NCBI GenBank assembly: GCA_963825865.1
Contig: CAWGVG010000006.1
Coordinates: 1-64,000 of the forward strand
Origin: an uncultured Nitrososphaeraceae archaeon
Lineage (GTDB): Archaea; Thermoproteota; Nitrososphaeria; Nitrososphaerales; Nitrososphaeraceae
Reading direction: 5' to 3'
DNA length: 64,000 bases
Part shown: in pieces, positions 55,910-64,000 of the stretch
How the letters are laid out: each line of letters begins with the position of its first letter
How positions within the stretch are numbered: position 1 is the stretch's first letter
The notes under the pieces: generated by a model
Seen by the model: only the letters and a program-made list of their open reading frames with translations
What the model was told of the DNA's origin: nothing
The model's database searches: none
Translations under genes and position numbers: made by a program

Positions 55910-56206
55910 CTCTTTGATTTATAGCATCCTGCACACCCGCAACAATGTTCAACCTGGTTATAATCCATTCCTGCTTCTGTAAACATTTTTTTGAATTCTT
56001 TAATTGAGATCTCATCTAGATAAAGCAATTTCAAAAGACGATGGCATTCTTTAGCGTTCCAATAAGAAGGAGGCAGCAAAACATCGAGTCTTCTCTAACT
56101 TCTCTAACATAGCATTATCTGCATCAGAACCGTAAGCCTTCCACATATTGCAATATTCGCAGTCTTTAGAGTCTTTGAACTTCTTCATTGTTTTTTGTTT
56201 TGACAT
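55905..56206 (-). pseudogene. Cys-rich hypothetical protein, frameshifted
   Basis: MSKQKTMKKFKDSKDCEYC... continues in another frame as ...HCCGCAGCYK. Confidence 0.5.
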
Positions 56207-56226
56207 TTCTTAGATTTCCTTTCTTT

Positions 56227-56589
56227 CTATCTGACTGGTTTGACAAGATACCTGGTGTCCTTATTGCTGCCAATTCGAGAGATTTCTAAGATAGTCTTGC
56301 AGTTCTTTAACTCATCATATATTTTCGATACATGCATTCTACTTACTTCGAATATCTTTTCTTTTCTCTGTTCTGTGTCATTGATGTCTATGACTACGAA
56401 CTGTACTTTCTTTACAGGCTTGCCGTTGAAATCAACTTTGTCTACTACTTTTGTCCTATTTGCAAGAAATTCAAAAACTTTTGTTTCTCCATCTTTGATG
56501 CTGACATAATTTGATTCAATAAAAGATTCGATCTCTTTGTTTTGATAGTATGTTGTTTGTGTTTGTTGTCGATTATTTGATGTTTCCAA
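56227..56589 (-). CDS. Putative phage-type OB-fold single-stranded DNA-binding protein
   Basis: YVSIKDGETKVFEF...EISRIGSNKDTRYLVKP resembles gp32-like SSBs. Confidence 0.55.
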   Translation of the reverse strand: METSNNRQQTQTTYYQNKEIESFIESNYVSIKDGETKVFEFLANRTKVVDKVDFNGKPVKKVQFVVIDINDTEQRKEKIFEVSRMHVSKIYDELKNCKTILEISRIGSNKDTRYLVKPVR

Positions 56590-56731
56590 ATTTTTTATTT
56601 TACCTTAAGATACTCTATGTAATGCCTGGATATATAAATGTATCAAATTGATATTTATGAGCAATATGATATTATATTATCAATAACATATCATTATATA
56701 TTTGTATGAGATTTTAAAGATTAATACATAA

Positions 56732-56926
56732 ATGGCTATACTCCAGACAGCTGCTATTACAGCAGATGATGTTGACATGATAGAATTGAAATTTATATCA
56801 AAAGTAAGCACAATGGGTCCAGATAGGCTGTTCATTCAAATTCCAAAGGAATATTTGAAAACTGCTAAAGGTCTTAAAGGAAAGTATGTGAAAGTCTTCC
56901 TTCAGGAAGTGACGTTGGAAGAGTGA
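56732..56926 (+). CDS. AbrB-like small DNA-binding protein
   Basis: KVSTMG.DRLFIQIPKEY......GKYVKV pattern. Confidence 0.65.
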   Translation: MAILQTAAITADDVDMIELKFISKVSTMGPDRLFIQIPKEYLKTAKGLKGKYVKVFLQEVTLEE

Positions 56927-56963
56927 GAAGAAATGACTTCAAAATTCAGTTGAACAAACCTCT

Positions 56964-57070
56964 CTACCTCTCCAGAGGATTATTGAATGCGTCTTCCGTT
57001 GGATGGTGTAGTTTGCCTGGATGTTCTATGTCTATGTGTTTTATGCGTTCTAGATCAGTCGAAAATATTT
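56964..57070 (-). pseudogene. Relic 3' end of a second primase/helicase gene
   Basis: IFSTDLERIKHIDIEHPGKLHHPTEDAFNNPLER* matches IKRVKHREESHPDSPNYPNPEDFDNRLER* at 57958. Confidence 0.7.
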
Positions 57071-57096
57071 GTATGCGTTGATAAGAGATTCAATAA

Positions 57097-57795
57097 TCAA
57101 GCAAATTGTATTGAATTTATCACATGTAGTGCTATTGGTAGATATGTCGGAGCATCTAATTGACCCACGTTAAATGCGAACAACATGACCCTTCCATCAT
57201 TAGATGGCATTGAGATATAATAGTCTCTATTATAGAAATTTTTACCACCAAAATAAAGACTGGTAAAACCAGTATATTCCAACTGCCAAGCTGAATTACC
57301 TGATATTGTAATTGCCTTATCTCGGAGATAGGAATCATACTCTATAGTCGCAGTTTGTGGCGTCTGCTGTCGCATGTTATTTATCCTTTCAATAACTAAA
57401 TCATGTGGTGTTTTGATTTTGACTTGCATATCATTTGTATCCAAGAACTTTTCTGGTTCCCTAACGTGTATAGAAAAAGAAGCCTGCTTATCAGGAGAGC
57501 TTATGACTACACTATTGAGTGTTTCATACTCATGCACAGACCAATCACTGGGATATTGTAGTGTATATCCAGATCTATCGCTCTGATATGTTACAAAATC
57601 ACTATCTGCTGTGTTATTTGTAGTAGTTTCCGATGCTGTGTTTTCACTAGGATTATTATTAATATTATCAGAACCTGGAATACCAGGAATTTGTGCATAG
57701 ATATACTGCCGTGGTGCTTGTATTATAATAGCAAACAAAAACAAGAATGTTATTACCATGACGCTAGCAACAAAAATCGTTAATCTGTTAAGCAT
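57097..57795 (-). CDS. Secreted PsbP-like protein
   Basis: Signal peptide, FVTY....GYTLQYPSDW and C-terminal VINSIQF. Confidence 0.75.
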   Translation of the reverse strand: MLNRLTIFVASVMVITFLFLFAIIIQAPRQYIYAQIPGIPGSDNINNNPSENTASETTTNNTADSDFVTYQSDRSGYTLQYPSDWSVHEYETLNSVVISSPDKQASFSIHVREPEKFLDTNDMQVKIKTPHDLVIERINNMRQQTPQTATIEYDSYLRDKAITISGNSAWQLEYTGFTSLYFGGKNFYNRDYYISMPSNDGRVMLFAFNVGQLDAPTYLPIALHVINSIQFA

Positions 57796-57957
57796 TCACT
57801 ATTACGGTCATTGTGAATTAAATGTATAAGCGATTTCACAAATTTTTCTGAATTCCCTTTATAGCAAAACGATAAGCTATAAAATCTGTGCAAGAGTTAC
57901 CAAAGATTTTTCATCAATTGGACATAATGTCCAATTACATATTTTATAATTAGTCTT

Positions 57958-60875
57958 CTACCTCTCCAAACGGTTATCAAAGTCCTCTGGATTTGGGTAA
58001 TTGGGTGAATCTGGATGAGACTCTTCTCTATGCTTTACCCGTTTGATATTACAGTCGTTTCCGTCGTTGCCCTCGAAACAATCATCACAATAAAAACACT
58101 TGAATATTTTTCTATAACTGTCCTCATCATTGTTATTTGCTAACACACCATGGTCTTGGGAGACTTGGAATATATCGTCCGCATCGTCCGTATCGTTCGA
58201 ATCCTTGGTATCGCTAGAGATTTGAGCGTAGTTTTCAGCATTATCGTCGGACGGTATTTCATTATTATCGAACGGTATATCGTCCGCATTTTTTATAATA
58301 TCGTCCGAAATATAGCTAGATATATCGCTAGAGATTTGAGCTTGATTCTGGCCTGCAGCCGATCCGTTGGACGGTTCGGACGGTTCGGACGATATTCTCC
58401 AGATCTTCACGACCTTAGACCTTTTTGTCTGATCAGTGAAACCTTTCTCTATTATGATGCCAACTTCTCTAAGGTTTGCCTTTACTTCATTGATCCTCCT
58501 GCTCAGGCTATTAGGCGCCTTTGGCCATGACCTATTTTGGAAGGTTGTATTTATGTGCAGATTGCTGGCAACTGTATTTAGTTCTTCAAGCAATTGTGTC
58601 ATAGTTCCTTTCCATAATTTGCCTTCCCTATCATCTACGAATTGCTTGATGACATTACCTACTACATGCGCATTTATCGTCTCTTCAGATTGAAGGTTTA
58701 TGTTATCGTCATATGCCTTGGTAAAAGCGCCTTCTTTATTGTCCATGGCAGCGAGATATGATTTCACCAATTTCAGCAAAGTCTGCAAATCTTGGATACG
58801 ACTTTAATTCAATTCCTCCATTACTTATAATCCTCAATACTTTGGACAGGATATCAAAGATATACCCTAGCAATTTTGGTCTTATTTCCTCAAATTCTTG
58901 CCATATAACCTGCAATTTCCGTCTTTTTTCCTTGGGTATTGGTTCAAGTTCTAGGATAAGACCCCAATCGATAAGATCTGACTCTTCAGCACCTAGGTTT
59001 ATCCCATTAATCCCTATACACCGCTTGAAACTATAGATCACGTCCTCATCGTCTGTGAACAATTCCCTTTTAGAAAATGCATCCCCAGTTACACCCCTAC
59101 ACAAAGCATCTGATACCTTTTTAGGGATATCAGACACATTCTCATAATAGCAGACATAGTTATGCATCATTTGCTGTGCCAACTGTGCAATATCTGTAGG
59201 AAGTGATAGCGTCATTGCAGGGCTTGGGTCCACTAGAATTCTTAACAACTGTTGAAATGTGGTCTTTGCTGCTTTTGGCTCTCCATGCAACATTAATGCG
59301 GGTTTTATGATATCTGGGTAGAACATTGCAATGATGTAGCACTTTAACAGTAGTTTTTTATCCTCACCTGAGACATTGATCAATTGCATGAACTGGTCAA
59401 AGATATCTCTGGGATATTCTCTTACGGGGTAAACTTGTGGTTTTTGGTCTGCTATACCTTCTAAAGATTATAGGTGCTTGGCCTATGGTCCAACCATTTT
59501 CTTCTGAAGAAGTAGTTATCTTTACAGATTGACAATCCTTATTTGCCAAATCGTAATAGATCGTGAATGGACCCTCTTTGATCTTGGAAACTCTCAACTC
59601 AAGTTCCTTTCTAACACCTTCAAAGTCCGCCCTTGCCTGCAATATGTTGAGGATACTCGCTATATGCTCGCCGTTTAACATGGCGCTTTTGCCAGATGCT
59701 TCATAGAATTTATGGCAAAGCCAATGCTTGAACCTAGCGCCTTTGAGTTGAAGGGTTTCTAAATGGCCATCTATATTTACAGTTGCGTAAGGGTTCCCAA
59801 ATTGATCTTGAAAGAATTCAGGGCAATGGCCTTCAACTAGCTCTATGGCCTTTTGAGTCCAGGCTTATCTGGTTTATTCTTAGCCAGACCCTGAGAGGTT
59901 TGAATAATATCGTCCGAATCACCCATATCGTCCGACGACGGCGACATTGCAGCCTTGTTAGTTCCATAGATAAACATGGTTGCATCACGCCATTGTCTAT
60001 CAAATTCACTATCGTCTAGCGGGGATACAATGCTTACCGTTCCAATCTCTAGCAAACCCCTTTATTGTCTCTAAATCTAGAATGTTTTGGTTGCGTTTGA
60101 TAAGTGATTCCATAGTGCGCAGTAGTGCCTCGTGACGGTTATGACCTTCATATACCTTGAAATCTGACTTGAACAGATCTTCAATTGGTATCTGATTTGG
60201 ATTTTTTGATGATCTTCCATTTCCATTTTCTTGTAGATATGAAATACCATACCTCTTGCAAACATTATCTATATGCTTGCCTCAAAATCGTCTGCAATAA
60301 CTGGCTCTTGTGTTCCTATTATCTGGAATTGTTGTCCATTCTTATGCATAGAAGGAGAGCAGAATAATATTCCATGTTCGCCTAAGCCTTTAACTTCGAT
60401 TGCGGGGATCTCATGCTCTCTATTTTATCCGTTAAACCTGCTGTTGGTTTTATTTTTATCATTGCTCTTCTTTGTAAATGGCTTGTATGAATAGACATAG
60501 ACGTGCGCTCTATTTGTGTCATCTGGATGCTGCCTCAACTAAAGTCCATTGGCTTAATTCTTTAATTGAAATGGCTTTACCATCATATTTGCAAACCTCT
60601 TCTATAGCCTTTGAGTTATCTAGATCAATTCCATTAAGGTTTAACCCTGGTTTTTGATTATTATGCCATACCTTACCTAAAATAACAGCCATACCGTCTG
60701 AAAATTTGTTTTCAGATTTCCATTGGTTATGAAGTTCTTCAGGAATTGGTTTATCTTGCCATTGGTCCCAAGGAACTACTGGTTTTTTATTTTTAGTATC
60801 TGCAGGTATTACATTTACGCCTATATCATAACGCCAAAAGTCAGTCCATTCGTTGATTGTTGCAATACTAGCCAG
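57958..60875 (-). pseudogene. Primase-polymerase (Prim-Pol) fused to helicase-like ATPase; multiple frameshifts
   Basis: Hand translation from ~60866 gives INEWTDFWRYDIGVNVIPADTKNKKP...GMAVILG...GIDLD, then AHVYVY and EVKG......CSPSMHKNG. Later fragments have LMLHGEPKAAKT, YENVS, DALCRGVTG, KRELFTD, PRFADF and WPKAPNSLSRRI. Confidence 0.85.
58173..58394. repeat. Cluster of TATCGTCCG-type iteron-like repeats inside the rep gene
   Basis: TATCGTCCG at 58173, 58278 and 58299, with variants at 58182, 58191 and 58242 and an inverted copy at 58386. TATCGCTAGAGATTTGAGC at 58209 and 58323. Confidence 0.75.
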
Positions 60876-61065
60876 TTTTAAAAGTCACCTTTTTTTGAAG
60901 AAAAAGTAGCATCATTTTTATTTCAAGTATTTCTGCACGAGTGTGAGCCTGTGCCTTCTGAAAGCTATCAATTCTTCCCAAGACATCGTCAAGCTTTTTA
61001 TCTCTATTTGGTGTGGAAAAGAAAGACTTATCCTTTGGATCGTTGTAGTTATCTTGAGAGGTCAT
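60868..61065 (-). CDS. Small hypothetical protein coupled to rep
   Basis: 65-aa ORF whose stop overlaps the rep start region. Confidence 0.6.
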   Translation of the reverse strand: MTSQDNYNDPKDKSFFSTPNRDKKLDDVLGRIDSFQKAQAHTRAEILEIKMMLLFLQKKVTFKTG

Positions 61066-61082
61066 TTAAGCAATCTCATCTC

Positions 61083-61391
61083 CTATGACATTGCCTGATG
61101 ACTGCTCTGGTCTGTTGGTTGAGTTGGGGTTGGCTGGTAAACCTTGTCCTCCTCAACCTTTTTTGTAATTGTATGACAACTATGTCGACAAATGAGCCTT
61201 AATCTATTTCCAGTAATTACGTCACTATAATTACCTGTGCATTGATTACAAGGTGCTAAACAAACTTCAATTTCACGTATTATTATATTTTCAGATTTGT
61301 TTTTTATAAGGTCATTAGTAGCAGTATTATCTACAGAACTTGATTTATAGGTGCCTAATACTATTGTCGAGGGTTTGGTTTGGTGACTCAT
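61083..61391 (-). CDS. Small Zn-finger protein
   Basis: C..PC.QC...C.H.CH pattern. ATGA overlap with the upstream gene. Confidence 0.65.
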   Translation of the reverse strand: MSHQTKPSTIVLGTYKSSSVDNTATNDLIKNKSENIIIREIEVCLAPCNQCTGNYSDVITGNRLRLICRHSCHTITKKVEEDKVYQPTPTQPTDQSSHQAMS

Positions 61392-61555
61392 TGTTCTGTG
61401 ATGGCACCCCTGATACCGACACTATTGTTATTTTTATTACCGATCTTAATCAGTTCATTAATCAGTTGGTCGTATGTTTGACTTTTATGTCCTATTTTCC
61501 TCAGGAGCTCCCTAGTTGGTTTCTTAACAATTATTGTTGTGTAAACTTCAGGCAT
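61388..61555 (-). CDS. Ribbon-helix-helix (CopG-like) regulator
   Basis: MPEVYTTIIVKKPTRELLRKIGHKSQTYDQLINELI. Confidence 0.75.
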   Translation of the reverse strand: MPEVYTTIIVKKPTRELLRKIGHKSQTYDQLINELIKIGNKNNNSVGIRGAITEQ

Positions 61556-61598
61556 ATTTGCAAATATATATAACACAGAGATACTGACATATAATACG

Positions 61599-61625
61599 CC
61601 TATACTCCTATACTAGACCTATACT
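61599..61625. promoter_or_regulatory. Three CCTATACT direct repeats in the divergent promoter
   Basis: CCTATACT at 61599, 61607 and 61618, immediately before ATG 61630. Confidence 0.55.
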
Positions 61626-61629
61626 ACGT

Positions 61630-62598
61630 ATGACAAAAGTAAGTAGCGAGACAGACGAGTTGAATCATTTACGAAAGGAAAATCAGGAGTTGAAGCACAA
61701 ATTGGCTGAACTACGAGGTGTAGCATCACTAGAAGAGACGAACATATCTCTAAGACAAATGTCAATATTGGATTACATAAAAAAGAATCCAGGAAAAAAT
61801 AAACAGAATGTAATTGAATGGGGAGAATCTCTGAAGATCCCTATAGGATCAAGAGTAACCATTATGAATGCGATATCTGATCTTGATAATTTAGGAATAA
61901 TAAAGGTTGAAAAAGACAAACCCAATAGCACAATACACAAATTATATGTTAATGAAGACAGTATTTTGGTTTTCTTAATTGAAGAACTTGATTCTTTTGA
62001 AAAAGACTTTTCTGTTTTAATATAAAAAGTAAAAGACAAAATAAAAGGAAGAGATTTTGGCGATATAACTTACTCTAAAAATGAAATAGCATTCTTTACT
62101 TATTTCTTTGTAGTTTATCAACAATTCATTGGAATGCTTGTATTACATGCCATATCTACATGGCCAGCCAAATTAAATAACGAAGATACACTCAAAAGAC
62201 TATATGCAATGCTATTCTCATGGCTGAGAAAAATCCAATTAAACCTGACAAATGTTTTTGATTTTAGATCATATTATCCATACACATATTATATCGATGT
62301 GCAGGCGACTATGGCTCAAGCTTGGTTTGTGTTACAACCTCAATATATGAAAGATTTACTTTGCATAGCAAAAGAATATGATGCAGTAAGTGAAATAGAA
62401 AATGTATTCGACGTGGTATGGAAAATAAGTAAACCATTTTTTAGATATTCTATGTGGGCTAATCCTCCGCAGTCTGGAAAACAAAACAAAGATGGCAGTA
62501 TGGCCTACAAAGATCGAAATAGCAAACAGCTTGCTGAACTAAATCCAGAAAACTGGAGAGAACCATTAATGAAATGGGAAGGTCAACAAGAACAATAA
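61630..62598 (+). pseudogene. Winged-helix protein with an in-frame premature stop at 62023..62025
   Basis: RQMSILDYIKKNPG...SRVTIMNAISDLDNLGII wHTH. ORF 62134..62598 is in the same frame and the gap is open apart from one TAA. Confidence 0.7.
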
Positions 62599-62643
62599 AT
62601 GCTCAACATTATTATAAATCAATATTAATCTTGTTTAGTTTAA

Positions 62644-63999
62644 TCACTTATCCGCTAGTTTTAAAAGACCAGAGGAGAACAAAGATTGCGCCATTGTATT
62701 GAACTGTTTATTATCTTGAGTATGACATAATCCTCCAATTAGTTTTTCTAACATGGACTGCATATTGTCGAATTGCTTTTGCATCATAGTTAATTGGTTT
62801 TCCTTCTGCTTCTGTGACTCTAATGCTTCTTGGTATCCTTCAAAGCTCATTATCATTTTACATTTGCTGCAGAACTTGCTATCTACAGTATTACCTTCAT
62901 TGCAGTTAGGGCACATTTTGGGATTTAGGGTATCAATTGGAACATTATTTTTATTCTTTGTGACAATGCCATATGCTTCAAGCAATGATTCAGAAGATTC
63001 ATTACCAAAATAGTGGATGTATTTTTGTACCATGTTGCTATTCATTGTCCAACCAGCATGTTGGTTCAATGTGTTGGATTTTAGCTTTGTAGATTTTTCA
63101 GTTAATGCTGAATGGCGCCTTATGTATGGGTTAAATGGTTTTGTGAGTAAGGTTTTGATTTTCTCTTTGTCTTCATTTGATACTGTTGCATCTTGTAATA
63201 ATTTAGGAAAAAATTCTTCTTTGTAGTCTTTGTAAATCTGCTCCAGACCACCAGTAGATAGTGGTTTACCTGTATTACTCCTACCTAGTCCTACAATAAG
63301 TGGAGATTTAAGGTTATTACGGCTTGGGTGATTTGATAGCCATTCTTTGATATAAGGTATTGATTGGATTAATGGTATATGTCTTGAACCAGTTTTACCG
63401 TTGACTAGTACCTCTGCATACTGATACTTACCATTGTCTACAGTTTTGAACACGATATCTTTTATTTTCAGGTTCAATATTTCATGGGGACGTGCAGACA
63501 AATCTCTAGCCATTGTATGATAGCACCGATCTCGTTTGTTTGTAACCCATTTTAAGAAAAGAACATCGTCTTCTTGCGTCCATAGATCAGATGGTTTGTA
63601 GCAACTTACCTCTTTTCTCTTTAGCTGGGGTACACCCATAATACATGCAGGTTTTCTCTCATTTTCAGATAGTTCATTTCTTCTTTTAGGAGTATCTACA
63701 TTAGGATAACAAAGCCATTTAAAAAATCTAAATAATATGATACGTTTTGTATTGTAACTCCCTATCCATTTATGCAATGGGTCATCATTTTCTGATTTTC
63801 TACAACTGTCTAAATATAACAAAACATCATCCCTTGCCATATCCTCAAATCGTTTTTCTATGCCAACAGACTTTGAGAGTTCTGACAGAAATTGAATTGT
63901 GTATTTTATGTAGCTGAGTCTAGGATTAACCTCTCTTTTCATCGCTATAATATATTCAGATATTGTCAGGGCGTTTTCTTTAGATAATCTACTCCTATC
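62644..63999 (-). CDS. Tyrosine recombinase/integrase with C-terminal Zn ribbon; 5' end lies outside the window
   Basis: ARPHE (R), GKTG (K), PYIRRHS (R), HAGW and QKYIH (Y), then CPNC...CSKC. The frame is open to the window edge. Confidence 0.92.
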   Translation of the reverse strand, partial: DRSRLSKENALTISEYIIAMKREVNPRLSYIKYTIQFLSELSKSVGIEKRFEDMARDDVLLYLDSCRKSENDDPLHKWIGSYNTKRIILFRFFKWLCYPNVDTPKRRNELSENERKPACIMGVPQLKRKEVSCYKPSDLWTQEDDVLFLKWVTNKRDRCYHTMARDLSARPHEILNLKIKDIVFKTVDNGKYQYAEVLVNGKTGSRHIPLIQSIPYIKEWLSNHPSRNNLKSPLIVGLGRSNTGKPLSTGGLEQIYKDYKEEFFPKLLQDATVSNEDKEKIKTLLTKPFNPYIRRHSALTEKSTKLKSNTLNQHAGWTMNSNMVQKYIHYFGNESSESLLEAYGIVTKNKNNVPIDTLNPKMCPNCNEGNTVDSKFCSKCKMIMSFEGYQEALESQKQKENQLTMMQKQFDNMQSMLEKLIGGLCHTQDNKQFNTMAQSLFSSGLLKLADK

Positions 64000-64000
64000 T

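Larger units (their letters stand above)
42500..64000 (-). mobile_element. Integrated element or stacked relics of related elements (int / regulators / primpol-helicase / topo-like / TerS-like / SIR2); boundaries not defined
   Basis: Co-oriented mobile-element hallmark genes on the minus strand. No att site was identified inside the window. Confidence 0.55.

Noticed and set aside
58150-59342. Several + strand ORFs over the rep gene and similar antisense ORFs over the transposases, btuF and the integrase
   Set aside because: They are antisense to genes with clear motifs and lack independent signatures.
57958-60875. Programmed frameshifting in the rep gene
   Set aside because: There are too many breaks with no consistent slippery motif. 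Decay or assembly indels are more parsimonious.
1-64000. CRISPR array, cas genes, reverse transcriptase (DGR/retron), tRNA or rRNA
   Set aside because: No run of identical 24-40 bp repeats with unique spacers, no YxDD RT motif in a suitable ORF and no cloverleaf or rRNA-like GC-rich stretch was recognised by eye.

Overview
AT-rich archaeal DNA. The gene families present (dodecin, Lrp/AsnC, HflX, cupredoxin, NHL propeller, DUF1059, DUF4242, PsbP-like and many signal-peptide proteins) fit a soil ammonia-oxidising archaeon (Nitrososphaerota, probably Nitrososphaeraceae); this is inferred from family recognition, not a database search. The window is a heavily rearranged accessory region. It holds three IS481 copies, an IS903-group IS5, two IS630 copies plus an IS630 relic, one IS4/IS5-superfamily element, three long inverted duplications and many truncated genes. 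The most coherent system runs along the minus strand from beyond 64000 to about 42500: a tyrosine integrase, a divergent wHTH/RHH switch, a primase-polymerase/helicase with internal iteron-like repeats, a phage-type SSB candidate, a probably fused type IIB topoisomerase-like gene, a terminase-small-subunit-like HTH gene and SIR2 / pseudo-protease cargo. No capsid or conjugation genes are visible, so it resembles a virus-satellite (PICI-like) or cryptic integrated element. Relics of related elements are scattered through the window. No rRNA, tRNA or convincing CRISPR array was seen. Many mobile-element genes are frameshifted, which could be real decay or uncorrected assembly indels.
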